From NCBI GenBank assembly GCA_047967505.1, contig CM106538.1: a DNA stretch of 64,000 nucleotides. One strand, given 5' to 3'. The position numbers were made by a program, and so were the translations under genes. Within the stretch, counting starts at the first letter, position 1; each line of letters opens with the position of its first letter. Positions 26,378-39,084 of the stretch are shown one piece after another. Source of the stretch: Dipteris shenzhenensis. Its lineage: Eukaryota. The notes under the pieces are model-generated. The model saw only the letters and a program-made list of their open reading frames with translations, did no database searches and was not told the DNA's origin.

Positions 26378-29300
26378 ATGAGTTCCAGCAGCGACGTGTC
26401 GTCCTTGTTCCAGATAAAGAAGCTCGAAGGAGCTAAAAACTACGACATATGGCGGACACAGTGCTACAATGTGTTGATGCAGAAGGACCAGTATAAACCT
26501 ATAAAGGAGAAGGGTGTTAAGCCCTCCAACATTACTGATGAGCAGTGGGAGAAGATGGACGGCTTGGCCAGGTCGACCATTATGCTTACAGTTGTTGATT
26601 CACTGGTTGTAGGCATCAGGGATGAACCTACTGCGTGGAAAATGTGGCAACGCCTTGAGGATACTTATGCCAAGAAAAGTGCCACGGGAAAAGCTTACTG
26701 GCTGAAAAAGCTTGTTGGTCTTCAAATGAAGGAGGGGACAGCTATGTCCACTCATATTATTGAGTTTAACAGCATATTCAGCCAGGTGATCAACCAGGGG
26801 TTGAAGCTCGATGATGAGCTGAAAGCTACACTCATCTTATGTTCTCTACCTGAGTCATGGGACACATTCAGGACTTCTACCAGCAACTCAAATGTCATTC
26901 TGTTATTTGCAGATGTGGAGAGTGCTCTTCTACAGGAAGAGATGAACAGAAAGAACAATGCTATTGGGAAGTCAAATGCTTTGAATGCACGCAGCAGGTC
27001 CAAAACACGTGGAAAAGACAGAGAAAGAGAGAGGAGCAAGTCCCGCTCTAAAAGTGATCTTGTCTGCAATTATTGTGGCAAGAAGGGACATATTGAGAAA
27101 AAGTGTTTTCAAAAGAAGAATGACCAGAGAGCCAAAGAAGGCAAGGCTCAAGGCAAGTCTAAGGGCAAAGAAAAAGAGGAGCTGAATGTTACTTATGTTA
27201 GTGACAGTGACAGTGGACGTGAGATATGTTTCACCTCTTCACTGGAGGCTCATACACTTCATGCTGGTGATGGATCAGATATGTTTTCCTGGATTATAGA
27301 TTCAGGTGCTTCCTTTCATGTGACATCCTACAGAGATCTGTTTGTCAGATATGCAGGAGGGCAGAAGGGAGTTGTCTTTCTTGGTGATAACCATGCATGT
27401 TCTATCATTGGTATAGGTGATGTCAGGCTTGTTCTTGAAAATGGCCAGCAGTTAATGCTTAAAGGGGTCAGGCATGTTCCTGAGGTGAAGAAGAACTTGA
27501 TTTCCACAGGGTTGTTGGATGATGATGGTTATCATACCACCTTTGGTAATCAGAAATGGAAAATCAGCAAAGGGGCAATGGCTATTGCCAGGGGTCCTAA
27601 GGTTGATACTTTGTATTCACTTCATGGTGGACATTGTCCACATTCTGATGTAAATGCCACCGAGCTGCCAAAGATTTCATTGTGGCATAGCCGGCTTGGC
27701 CATATGAGTATTAAGGGAATGGAGCAACTGGCTCATTTTGGTTACTTGCCGAGTCTAAAATTTTCAGATTTAAAGAAATGTGAATTTTGTCTCTACGGTC
27801 GTCAAGTACAAATACCTCATAAGAGAAGGTCAGATCAGAAATTACAGCTCTTGGAGCTAGTACATACAGATGTGTGTGAGATGCCTACACTCTCTTTAGG
27901 AGGTTCAAAGTACATACTGTCATTCATAGATGACGCCACCCGCAAAGTGTGGGTTTACACTCTCAGGAAGAAGAGTGATACGTTCAAGGCTTTCACTAAG
28001 TTTGTTGCACTGGTCAAAAATGAGACAGGCAAAAAACTGAAAGCCTTACGATCTGACAATGGTGGAGAGTATTTGTCCAAAGAGTTTCAAGAATTCTGTG
28101 AGGCAAAGGGTATTCAAAGGGTGTTGTCTGCACCATATGATCCTCCACAAAATGGTACAGCTGAAAAAATGTTCAGGACCATTCAAGAGAAAGTCAGATC
28201 TATGTTGTCACATGCTGCACTGCCCCACACATTTTGGGCTGAAGCTGTAAAGACAGCTGTGCACCTTATTAACAGGTCACCAAACAAGAGACTATGTGGT
28301 GGTGTGCCTGAACAGGCATGGACGGGCAAGCCTCCGTCTTACAAACACCTACGGGTCTTTGGTTGTGTCGCGTATGTGCATGTACGCAGGGAGGACAGAA
28401 CTAAACTGGATCCAAAGTCTCTTAAATGCATATTCCTAGGTTATGGTGACAAAGGTGAGATGGGCTACAGGATTTGGGATCCCAAGAACAGAAAACTTAT
28501 ACGCAGCAATGATGTCGTGTTTGATGAAACCATCATGTTCAAGGAACCTGTTGTACAGCAGGAACCTTTAAAAGTAACTATTGATGATGACAGGCATCAT
28601 GGGCAACACAGACAGGCTGTAAATCAGCCACAACAGCAGCATAATCAGCCATTAAATGATGCTGCAGCAGATCCTAATGGACAGCCAGTTATGGCAGAAA
28701 ACATCCCAATGGATGAGGCACAGTTAGGTGATCTTCCTGACATGCAAATGCAGCCAGGAATCATGGAACAGCCACCTTATCTGGGTGATGAACAGGCTGG
28801 ACAGCCAGCTCAAGATGATAGTCTTTGGGTTAGAAGGTCAACTAGACAGACGCGGCAGCCAGAAAGATTTGTTCCAGGCATTGATTATTTGATGCTCACT
28901 GATTGTGGAGAGCCTTCATGCTACAGAGAGGCTAGGCAGAGGGCAGACAAGGTTCAATGGGATCTTGCTATGAAGTCTGAAATGGACAGTCTTCACAAGA
29001 ATGGCACTTGGGAATTGGTACCCTTGCCTACTGGTAAGAAGGTACTGCCATGCAAATGGGTTTATAGACTTAAAGTCACACCTGGTGAAAAGCCAAGGCA
29101 TAAAGCCAGACTGGTTGCCAAAGGGTTCAAGCAGGAATATGGTGTTGACTTTGAGGAGATATTCTCTCCCGTTGTCAAGATGACAACACTCAGAACTGTA
29201 TTAGCATTGGTTGCACATGCAGATATGGATTTGGTCCAAATGGATGTCAAAACAGCATTTCTTCATGGTGATTTACATGAAGAAATTTTTATGCAGCAGC

Positions 29301-30444
29301 CAGAGGGTTTTACAGTGAAGGGCAAAGAGAAGCTTGTATGCAGACTGAAGAAAAGTCTTTATGGTCTAAAGCAGGCACCCAGGGAATGGTATCATAAGTT
29401 TGATACATTCATGCGAACCCAGGGTTACAGGAGAGCTTATATACCAAGAAAGCTTCAGATGGCAGTTTACTTATCCTCATTTTGTATGTGGATGACATGT
29501 TAATTGCTGGAAAATCTCATAAGGAAATGAATGCCTTGAAAAAGAGATTGCACCAGACCTTTGATATGAAGGATCTTGGTGATGCCAACCATATATTGGG
29601 TATGCGCATACTTCGGGATAGGGAAAAGCGGTTGCTATACTTGTCTCAGAAGGAATACATTGGCAAGGTCTTGCAGAGATTTCACATGGAGGGGGGGAAG
29701 AGTATTGGTACTCCATTACCTCCTTATGTGAAAATCAGTGCTTTGGACAGCCCTCAGACAGATGCTGAGAGAGCTGAGATGTCAAAGATTCCGTATGCAT
29801 CAGCGTGTGGCAGTCTCATGTATGCTATGGTTGCAACCAGGCCCGATATTGCGTTTGCAGTGGGAGTGGTTAGCAGATACATGGCTAAACCTGGCAGGAA
29901 GCATTGGAATGCAGTGAAAGGTGTCATGAGATACCTGAAGGGTACACAGGACTTGTGCATATGTTTCGGCAGTCAAGATGCAAAAGTGCAAGGTTATACA
30001 GACTCTGATTATGCTGGTCACCCTGATACCCGGAAGTCTACTACCGGATACGTTTTCACTTTCACTGGAGGTGCAGTGTCGTGGGTATCTAGAATGCAGC
30101 AATGCGTTGCATTGTCTACCACAGAAGCAGAATATATTGCAGCCACTGAGGCATGCAAGGAGGCTATATGGCTATCTCGGTTAGTGGCAGATTTGGGTTA
30201 TCCATTGGAGATTCCATTGTTGCATTGTGACAGTCAGAGTGCCATACAGTTGGCACGTAATCCTGTCTTTCATGCAAAGACGAAGCACATAGATGTGAAA
30301 TATCACTTCATCAGGGAGGTGCTTGAAAACAAGCAAATTAAGCTTGTTAAGGTGCATACAGATGACAATCCGGCAGATCTGTTAACCAAAGGGTTAGCTG
30401 CAGAGAGGTTTGCACACTGCAGATCTCTTATGGGTATTGGTTGA
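26378..30444 (+). pseudogene. Copia gag-pol polyprotein with one frameshift in RT (~29435)
   Basis: ATG at 26378. CCHC 'CNYCGKKGHIEKKC', protease 'WIIDSGASFH', integrase 'WHSRLGH' and 'LRSDNGGEY', RT 'KARLVAKGF' and 'LYGLKQAPREW'. 'YVDDM' and RNase H 'DNPADLLTK' are in a second frame (29482-30444). Confidence 0.92.
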
Positions 30445-30494
30445 GGCCAATATTCTTTCTCTCTTTGAGGGCACACTGCCTTTAAGTGGGAGGT

Positions 30495-30735
30495 TGTTGG
30501 GGTAAAGGCACTGGCCACCCTATGTAAATAGTACTTTATGTTGTACTTTAATGTAGGACACTTAAGTACACTAAGTACACATTTGTACTTAGATGTACTT
30601 AAGGGTTACTACCTTATCCATAATATATATGTGTGTACTTGGGGAGGTACCACTCACTCATTGTGATTATCCCCACTATTGTGTGTGTGCAGTGAGTCTC
30701 TCTACTCCCTACTCTATCTCCCTCACACTCTATCA
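30495..30735 (+). repeat. 3' LTR of Copia element 1
   Basis: Exact copy of 24458-24698. Confidence 0.97.
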
Positions 30736-33700
30736 GGTGCAGAGCCTTGGAAGCTCCTCTTACAGCAAGGGCTTCTCAGGAACACCCCACGCACTTGGGG
30801 GCAATGGCAGCTTTCACACAGATGGATCTTCTCAGAGGCCCCCCTTACGGGGAAGGGCTCCCCCTTGATGAGGAGCCTTCATCGGGTTTGGCGGAGACTA
30901 GCAAGGGACCTCATTCATGCTCAGCCTAGATGCAGAGAGGAGTTCGAGCGTCAGCCCCTTGTTTGGCACCCAGAGATTCGTGATCAGGAGGGGCGTATGC
31001 TCGGGCAACAGACTCACATTGGTTGGGCACAGTGGGACAGTGAACGGGCCAGGTGCTTTGGCAGATGGAGCAAATTACCCATGGAGGCAGAGGCGAGGCT
31101 TGACGTCGTCGCGCACCTGCGAGGGGCAGGGCAACGCATGAGAGAGATTGACCTAGCCAGCCCTGAGTCCTAGTGGGAGGGACTTCGTGTATGGATGGAC
31201 AGCAAACGGTTGGGCTAGTTTTCTCGAACTAGTGTCCCCTTGAGGATGATGATGCAACGAGGTAGCACGCAGCCCAGTTTTTCCCATGTAGAACCTGGAG
31301 GCCTACTACAGGCACTCATTGAGAGAGACCCCAAGATGGATGGGAGTCTTGATGGGATTCACTAGCACATGATCAGAGTGGTGGGACGTTTGGGGAAGGA
31401 GTGGCACATTGACCCTTCCAGGATCTCAGAGCAGGATGCCCCCAGATGGCGCCTCTGGATTTGGAAGGGTAGACCCCTGAGGGAGGTCCAGTGGGATCCG
31501 GGAGAGTGATTATGGCCCTCCAGGGGCGGCCTTGCCAAGTAGGTGGACGAGGTGCCCTTCTTTTCCTACACCACACGGATTGGTAGGAGACTTCAGATGG
31601 ACTCTTCGATGTGGACCCCCTCCACGGAGAGGCATTGGGTGGCCAAGAGAGTGCCTCGGGATGTCTGTTCCAAGTTTTGGACGCGGTTATGGTCCAATTT
31701 GCGGCCGAGGAAGATATCCTACTTCTTCTGGCTAGCCGCCCACAGAGGCTTGCCCATCAGACCATGGTTGGAGCAGATGCAGGTGGAGGGACAGTGCCAT
31801 TGTTGCTATGCTGGTTTTCAGGAGATGATCCCGCACTGCCTCCAGAGCTGTCGCAGTGCAACGAGGATTTGGATGGGAGCCCTCAAGATCATGAGCTGTA
31901 TGCAGAGTCTTCAGAGGGACTACACTTGGGGGATGGTGGCCTGGTTGACTGAGGGAGGACACGCGTTTCCGATTGATGAGATGCCCCCTCAGAGCATTCA
32001 GAGAAAAGAGCTCCATGAGACAGTCCCTCCTGATAGCCTAGCTCCTCCTTCCCCTCCCGAGGACAGCGTGTGGGAGGTAGTAGCCTGTATCACTGCGTGG
32101 AACATTTGGGTGGCTCGCTGCAGTCTAGTGATGGGTGAGCACCCGGTTCCACCCTCGGCTACCTTGGTCGCCATCTGGCAGGATATCCTCTACACCCTCC
32201 GTCCCACCTAGGAGCATGGGACCCCAGGCTCTAGGGCAATTGTCGCGAGGCATGCTCAATTCTACAAGGCTTGGCCTGCAGGGGTTTTTTACATCTTCAC
32301 TCCGCGAGGGATTTGCTGGTTGTATAGTCCTCCACTTGGCTATTAGCCCCAGTACCAAAGATTCCCTAGGCAGTGAGCTAGGTTTCTCTAGAACAGGCCG
32401 ATTTTTCTTTAAACCTTTTCCCAGTTTTTTCCATACTCAGCACCTTCGCGGCTGCAGTTTTGTATGAAGTCTTTCAAGCATTAATAGAATGTTCCTTTCT
32501 TTGCAAAAAAAAAAGAAAAAAAGAAGATGGCTAAGGAGCATGCTAATCTTGTAGCAACAACAAATCATAATACAAACGATGATGTTGGACCTTCCACTAG
32601 GCTTGAGGAGCAGGCCTTACATGCAGCAGTTTCCAATCTCTCGAGTCTGAGGAGAGATGAGGATTATGCCTTCTAGTTTACCTGTGTGACAGTCTAAGGG
32701 TACTCTGCCCAGGGTAGTCCCCCGAAATGAATGGACTAAATTTTATGCATGTGTTTGAGTCAATAAATGGTTCTCTGCCAGGGTTGTCCCCAAAATGATT
32801 GTATTTCCTTGCTTTATAAAGGGCTCCATCAATTCACCATGCCCTGCTTACAGGGGGGGGTGTCATGATGAGTTCACTGATGTATGTTGCTATGAGTGGT
32901 CGGGCATGTTATCACTTAGACTACTGAGTCTTTGTACATCCATGCATGCTAAGCCTCTAAGCAATATACCTAGATGAATCCAGGAACATTCCCAAACTCA
33001 TCCTCTAAAAACACAACATAGTGCAGTTTCAATCTCACAAGAATCACTCATAAGATTGAAAACCATAAACTCCATCACGCATAGCAAGGACTAGCTACTA
33101 TGACATCCCCACTGACGTCATCAGCGCCCAACAGTGGGTGTAGACCATAGTATAAAAGTATGCTCTCACACATACAAATCCACACACCCACACATACTTG
33201 AGCATCCATTTATACAAAGTCTTTGTACTTGAGCATCCATTTATACAAAGCCTCTAAGCAATGCTTGGTGAGCCTCTGATCAAAAAGAATATAAAAAATA
33301 TCAAGCCCTATTGTACTTTGAAAATCTCATATTCTTTTGACATTTTTCAAAAGTCTTCTTTTCCTTATATACATAACCCCATTAGAACTATCTGTCCCAA
33401 AAGAAAGCAAACTTTGTTTCTTACCATGGCTTGAATGAGCATTATTACTTAACCCAATGTTCCCTTTTTTGAGCTTGTCGTTGTGGATACTGCCCTTGAT
33501 CTTGAGCCAGTTCATTTCCTCCTAAAGTCCTCCTCCATGCCTCATTTGCAGACACGTGGACATCAGGGACCTGCAGCAACCTGATTGTGCAGGGTTTCCA
33601 GCAAGTACAGATGGGGCATCAGTACGGAAGGGTACGGGAGTGCCTACATGGCTGTACAGGGCTGGTAAAGGCCTAGCAGGAGGCAGCAAGCAAGTGCCTG

Positions 33701-34989
33701 CATGAAGAAGGGTGCAGGACAGATGGCGAGGGCTATGGGCAGGTGCGAGGCCTGCAATAGGCCCTGCATCTGAGGCAGTAGGGACCTGGCCAGTGGCGCA
33801 ATGCCACGTGGCAGGTCGGCCCTGCAAATGATACATATACATATGCATATATATACACAATTTTTTTAAAAAAAGTGAAAACTTGGAGTGCTTTATATTA
33901 CAAGAGAGCTATCAAGCGAAAATGTCCATGTAAGACAAATATACATCCTGATCTATGCAGTGAGTTTGCAGACAATCGAAAAGCGATTGTTGCAAAGAAC
34001 GACGAAAGAAAACAAAGGAGAAAAAACTAGATCTCTCCAAAGACTCTGTGGTTTCTAGCTTTCCACAGAGTCCAGAGTGCCCAGTAGCGAGCCCAAGTTA
34101 AGAGCAACTCAAAAGGCGGCTATCTAGGATAGATCCCAAACAACCAGAAAAGCTTGCCAAAAGAAGCCTGAGAAAATCACATTCTCAATATGTGCCGGAG
34201 GATGCCCAAGAAGCTCTGTCTCAGGACAATGCCAAAAGATATGAGATATTGATTCCCTTGGAGCTAAACACCGATGACAGATAACTGGAGCAATACGTCT
34301 GCATGATAAAAGCTGTCCAGACGAAACAACCCCCAATAGAACCCGCCATAGAAAGACCTGTTGGCGTAGTGGAACCTTGAAGTGCCAAATCTGTTTTAAT
34401 CTCCTTTTCCACCATTTGACAGGATGGTGTAAAGCCCAAATCTGATTGGCCCTGTCCGACACCCAGGGTGGTGATAGTAGAACTTTATATAAAGAAGAGA
34501 CTGTGATATGAGACAGCTTGAAAGGACGGATGGATGAGTATAAAGGAAGAAGAGTCCATCCTGAAACCCGTCTTGAAGTTCTAAAGACGGTACTGGCTGA
34601 AATGGCTGAAGCATCCAAGTAATGGCTTGCCATACCGGATGATAGGGCATGCCCAAACCATATTTTGCAGCAGGCAAAGGGAAGGATAAAAGAGTGCCAT
34701 CATCTTGAATAACATCAGCCATATTGGAAATCCCTTTTGTATTAAACAATAAGAGCGCCGGGGCTCCTGCAAGGCCAAGGGAGGAGAACACATGACAAGT
34801 GGATGCTCTCAGCCCGCAAAGAGTTACCTTGTAAAGAGTCTCTTCCATGCCATTCCAAGCGTGAAAGAATATGCTTCCAATCTAGAAACATCTGAGAAAC
34901 CATAGGGCAACCTTTGATTTTGCCTTCAATGTATCCCAAAAGAAAATCCCACTGCGTGGGTTGCCAAAAACCAAAAGCAAGAGTGGTGA

Positions 34990-35678
34990 TGTGGACAAGT
35001 AAAGAGTGTTATAAATCAAGAGGGAATGAATCACTCAAACCTCCACCCAAGATCTCTCCAACTCTTACACACACTCAACTCACATAGATGATCACAGATG
35101 CAACAAACACTCTCTCAGAAATAAATATGGACGGAGAGAGAAAGAGAGTATATTCATCCACCAGATGGTGGGCAGAAAAATAGCTCCAAGGGAGCAGTAC
35201 AAAACACAGCAGACTGCTGGAGAAAACTGATGGACTCTCTCTCTCACAACCTGCTCCAGATCTGAGTGCTGAACACAGCCTTGGAGAGGGGCTTTCAGTC
35301 TTGCACTGGATGCTGGAATGAATGGAGGAGTAGGCCTTTTATAGGCACTGCCCAGGCCCCTTGAGTTGACCGACCAGCAGGGTCGGTACCCTGTCCGGTG
35401 GCTGACCGCATGGGCCCTAGAAAACTGACCAGGGTTGGCCCTGGTTGGGCCGACTTGGCCTGCCACAGGCCCCTATATAAGGGTGCCCTGTGCAGCCAGT
35501 CTGCGCTGCTGCAGGAGCCTCCATGTGAGGCCTAAAGCCCTGTTTTACCTGCTGTTGCAGGCTGCAACCAGCCCGTGTGCTGGTTGCCGATGATGCCGAC
35601 CTGAGTCTCTCTCTCTCCAGCCCTCCTACCTCTCATTGCCCCTTGTCCCCTCAAATCGGGGGCTCACAGGTGGGCACA
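34990..35678 (-). mobile_element. Probable solo LTR inserted in the LINE
   Basis: Non-LINE sequence with TG...CA termini interrupts ORF2. It carries TATA-like motifs and an apparent 4-bp flanking duplication GTGA (34986-34989 / 35679-35682). The left end could instead be 34987. Confidence 0.6.
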
Positions 35679-35935
35679 GTGAGTTTCTAACAAAGAGCAC
35701 ATCATAGCAACCCAAGGCTGATCATCTTGAAGAAACTGAAGCATCGTTTTGCCTTTGTGAGCTAAAATGTGCACATGAATATTAAGAATATTCAGCCCTC
35801 CATGCAACTTAGGTGAGCATAATCTCTGTACTGGAAGTAACCGCAAGCTTTTCTTGCCATGCTTTGACCGCCAGAAATTTTCCATAATGGTGGACATAAA
35901 GGAAGACAGATCCCCCTTAGTCAAAAATATCAATG

Positions 35936-36901
35936 TGTTAGAAATTACCCAACAGAGGGTACGCACAGCGGAAGACTTATAGTAATGCCCAGGAGCTCAC
36001 ACAGTGTGGTGTGGGTGTGGAATCACAAACTTCTTTAATATTTCCGTCCAAAACTATGGACACAATACAAAAGAAATAGATCCAAAGTCCCACCAATGAT
36101 GTGGTCCTCTGATCTTACCACAAGGTCCTTCTCCTATCTGCTGGCTATCTCTAGACTCGAGCCCGCGTGCTCCACCTAGAGCTTTTGTAGACTTTCTGTC
36201 CAGATCCCTTCCACCTTGCTGTCTTTGCACCAGCCTAGGTGGGCAGCTCTCAGTCTGCAGCTCCTTGTCACCTTCTTCACCTCCTGATATATAGGCCCAA
36301 GAGAGGGTTCCTTGGCTGCTCCAACCTCCTGGTTCCTGCTGCTGCAAGTGATGATCAAATGAGGCAACAAGCTTCTAAGGGCCCCTTGAAGTAACCGACC
36401 AGCCAGCCCTAAATGGACCGACTGGCTGGTCTGTTTGGGCCGACCAGTCTGCCCCAAAACCAGCCCTTTAAGGGCTCCAAAACTAGGGCCCTTTGGCCCA
36501 CACTTCTAGGGCTTTCGGCCCTCCAATCTAGGCAAGGGCCCAGCCTATTTAAGGCATGCCTCTGCCCACTGGCAGAACCATTTGCTGCTCCACCAGGCCC
36601 CAGCCATGTCAGCGCCTGTTCACCCTGCTGCTGCTGGTTCTACCCTCTGCCAGGCTCTTCTCCAGCCATGTGTGCAGCGCTGTACTGAACCGTACTACTG
36701 CTGACATCATCGTGCCCTGCCAGGTCAGATCTAGGGCTTGCTGTCCCCGCCTTCTGCTCCTTCCACAAGTTCCGTCCTTTGCAGCCTTCTTCTCTTGTGA
36801 GGTGCTGCCCATGTGGCAGCCCCCTCTCTTCGCTGGGCATCTTCTGCCCTAGGTCTCCCTCCCCCACGCTCTCCTCATTTGGGGAGGTGACCTTTCCAAC
36901 A
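35936..36901 (-). mobile_element. Solo LTR (966 bp) with 5-bp TSD
   Basis: Minus-strand termini TGTTGGAAAG...TTTCTAACA. TSD CAATG at 35931-35935 and 36902-36906. Removing it rejoins LINE ORF2 (FYLPL|IFLTKG). Confidence 0.88.
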
Positions 36902-38429
36902 CAATGGCAGATAAAACTGAATATAGGCCACCAAGATAGACTGAACAATGCGAAGATGGACATGCAACGGCCAAGTAGCCAACTTCCAATATTCCAATTT
37001 TTTCTTCAATTTAGCAAGAACTCAATCAATTTGTTGAAGGCGAGTAATGCTCCAACCTTGAGGATATCCAAGATGACGAATCAACTGAGTTGGAGGAACG
37101 ATTTCCCCCGGCCATAGTAGTCTTCGCCCATCCTTGGAATGCAATGGCAGCAGATGGGATTTCTGAAAATTAACAGCAGCCAGTCCATACAATGAGAGAG
37201 CCTGCATAAGCGAAGAAAGGTCCCCTGGAGTGTTTTTTGGCATGAAGAATGAATCATCTGCATAAGCTTGAGCAACCAATGAGCGACTTGCACGAGTTTC
37301 CAACCCATGTAGTATATCTGTCACCACCAAGTGATCAATATATCGAAGCATTGGATGCGTGGCTATAGCATATAAGATAGCATTGAGAGGGCAACCTTGC
37401 CGAACTGAACATTGAAGCGTCCAGGGCTCTGATATGTCTCCTGGAAAAATACATGCAGCTTTGCTATCTTGATAAAGCCAGAAGATGACATTCTGCAATT
37501 TCTGACCAAATCCCAAAGCCCACATGGTCTGAGCTATAAAATCCCATTGAATGGTATCAAATGCCTTTGCGATATCCACCTGCAGAATAAGCACATCTTG
37601 CTTTGTGTACTTGGCATACTCAATCCCAACATAAGCATTGGCAATATTATCAGTAATATGCCGTCGTGGAATAAACCCATACTGAGCTGGATGCATGCCA
37701 TCATTTAAATACTCCTTAATCCGATCAACCACCATTTTGGTGATGATCTTGTATATCACCAGCATCAAAGTAATAGGCCTCCAATCAGCCAAAGATTCAC
37801 AAATGGACTTCTTGGGAAGAACTTTCACCAAACCTTTCTTCCAAGAATCCGGCACATATTCATTATACCAAGCAGTATTGATCATTTGCAACAAAGGCAT
37901 TTTCAGCACATCCCAAAAAGCCAAGAAAAATTCTACCGTATTGATCAATTTCCAAGATCCGCTGCAGCTGGCATCTTTCCTGGAAAGAAGATAATAACTG
38001 CATGTTTGGCATATTCATGCACCGGGTCCACATGTCCTCTACTTCCACCATTATTCCTACATTGGGAGCAGGATCTTTCCAATCCTTGCGTGTATCATCA
38101 AAGCCCTCATGCATCACATCATAAACTAACTGGGCCTCCAAAGAAACATGGCCAGGGTCACCCTGACCCAAATCCTGCTTGCATCTTTTGTTCATGTATG
38201 TCTTCGTAGTAGTCATCGACTACCTGAAAATTTTATTTCAAGATAGAAGAAAGAAACAGAGCTTGAACAGGAAGAAAGTGAAGGCAGGCTGAAAGAGGGT
38301 ATAGAATAGGAGTGAACAGAAAAGAAAAAAGGGGGGCTGATATATACAAGCAGCAAACAGAAGAAGGCATTACAAAGGGCTGATACACACACACGCGCGC
38401 GCACGCACGTACGCACACACATATACATA

Positions 38430-39076
38430 CCAGGTCAGCTCACAAAACTAGGCCCCTGAAGGAGCCTAGTTTTGTGAGCCCATGGCGGAGCTGCTGGGTC
38501 AGCCAGTAGACCCCATAATGAGTCGGTTTTTGAGGCTGAAAGTCAGCCATTTTTAGAGGGGGTCCACCCCTATAAAAAGAGGCCATTGGGGCCTCATTCA
38601 TGCATCTTCTGGAGCAGCAATCCAAGAGCAGATAGGAGCAGCAGGCGGACCATCCTTGGGCCTATACACAAGAGGTGAAGGTGACCTACAGAAGGCTGCA
38701 GACTTAGCTCAAGGAGCTGCCCACCTAGGCTGAGTTTCTGGACAGCAAGGTGGAAGAGATCCTTTGGACGGAGAGTCTACATGCACTCAGTGGAGCATGC
38801 GGGCTCGGAGATCTAGAGGTGCCAGGCATATAGTAGGAGAGCCTTATTGGTATTGTATCTTGCCCAGTTTGTGGACGGACGGAACTATATAAGAGTTGCT
38901 TCTATATTTGTCTCTGAGCACAGTCTATTTGCTAGTCGGCACACACATGAATGGTTGGTAAGTACACACACTTGATGAAGCTTGATTCCATAGTGAAACA
39001 TCCGTGTGTAATTCCAGGGCTAATCTATCAGTCTTCCGCTGTGGGGTACCCTGTGGTGAGATTTCATTTTCTAACA
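38430..39076 (+). mobile_element. LTR 3' portion related to the solo LTR at 35936-36901 (opposite orientation)
   Basis: Ends AGTCTTCCGCTGTGGGGTACCCT...TTTCTAACA, similar to the solo LTR end AGTCTTCCGCTGTGCGTACCCT...TTTCTAACA. CCTATAAAA at ~38570. 5' end not found. Confidence 0.55.
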
Positions 39077-39084
39077 ATCATACT

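Larger units (their letters stand above)
24458..30735 (+). mobile_element. Full-length Ty1/Copia LTR retrotransposon (very recent insertion)
   Basis: Identical 241-bp TG...CA LTRs. PBS (tRNA-iMet) at 24701-24712. PPT AAGTGGGAGG before 30495. 5-bp TSD CGTGC/GGTGC. Domain order gag-PR-INT-RT-RH. Confidence 0.97.
20015..32520 (+). mobile_element. L1-clade LINE with TSD and poly-A, internally deleted, interrupted by a Copia at 24458-30735
   Basis: TSD AAGAACATGGCTAAGG (19999-20014) / AAGAAGATGGCTAAGG (32521-32536). Poly-A at 32505-32520. ORF1 knuckle 'YRCRHMGNLARDC' (~20680). Endonuclease 'SWNVHG', 'LIQEH', 'RLDRFY'. RT 'KCPGEDG', 'FRPITLLDTAYKILA'. zf-RVT 'CHCC...EMIPHCLQSC' (~31800). Confidence 0.9.
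18324..32860 (+). mobile_element. Gag-only Copia-type LTR element (TR-GAG-like), interrupted by the LINE at 20015-32520
   Basis: 5' LTR ends ...TCTAACA (18537); its start is uncertain (~18324-18347). PBS TGGTATCAGAGC at 18538-18549. Copia gag 19318-20014 with CCHC 'CTFCKKLGHAEDRC' continues in frame at 32537 to TAG at 32674-32676. PPT CAGGGGGGGG at 32851-32860 followed by TG. No pol, and no matching 3' LTR seen. Confidence 0.7.
33861..37950 (-). mobile_element. 5'-truncated L1-clade LINE (RT to zf-RVT), interrupted by two LTR-like inserts
   Basis: ORF 37022-37948 contains WRPITLM, DIAKAFD, RQGCPL and YADD. Further frames at 35664-35930 ('PKLHGGLNI') and 34124-34939 (zf-RVT 'CHRC...ESISHIFWHC'). 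Short poly-A (T7 on +) at 33861. Confidence 0.85.

Noticed and set aside
29420-29500. Programmed ribosomal frameshift in Copia RT
   Set aside because: Conserved residues are missing, so it is a deletion, and no slippery heptamer is evident.
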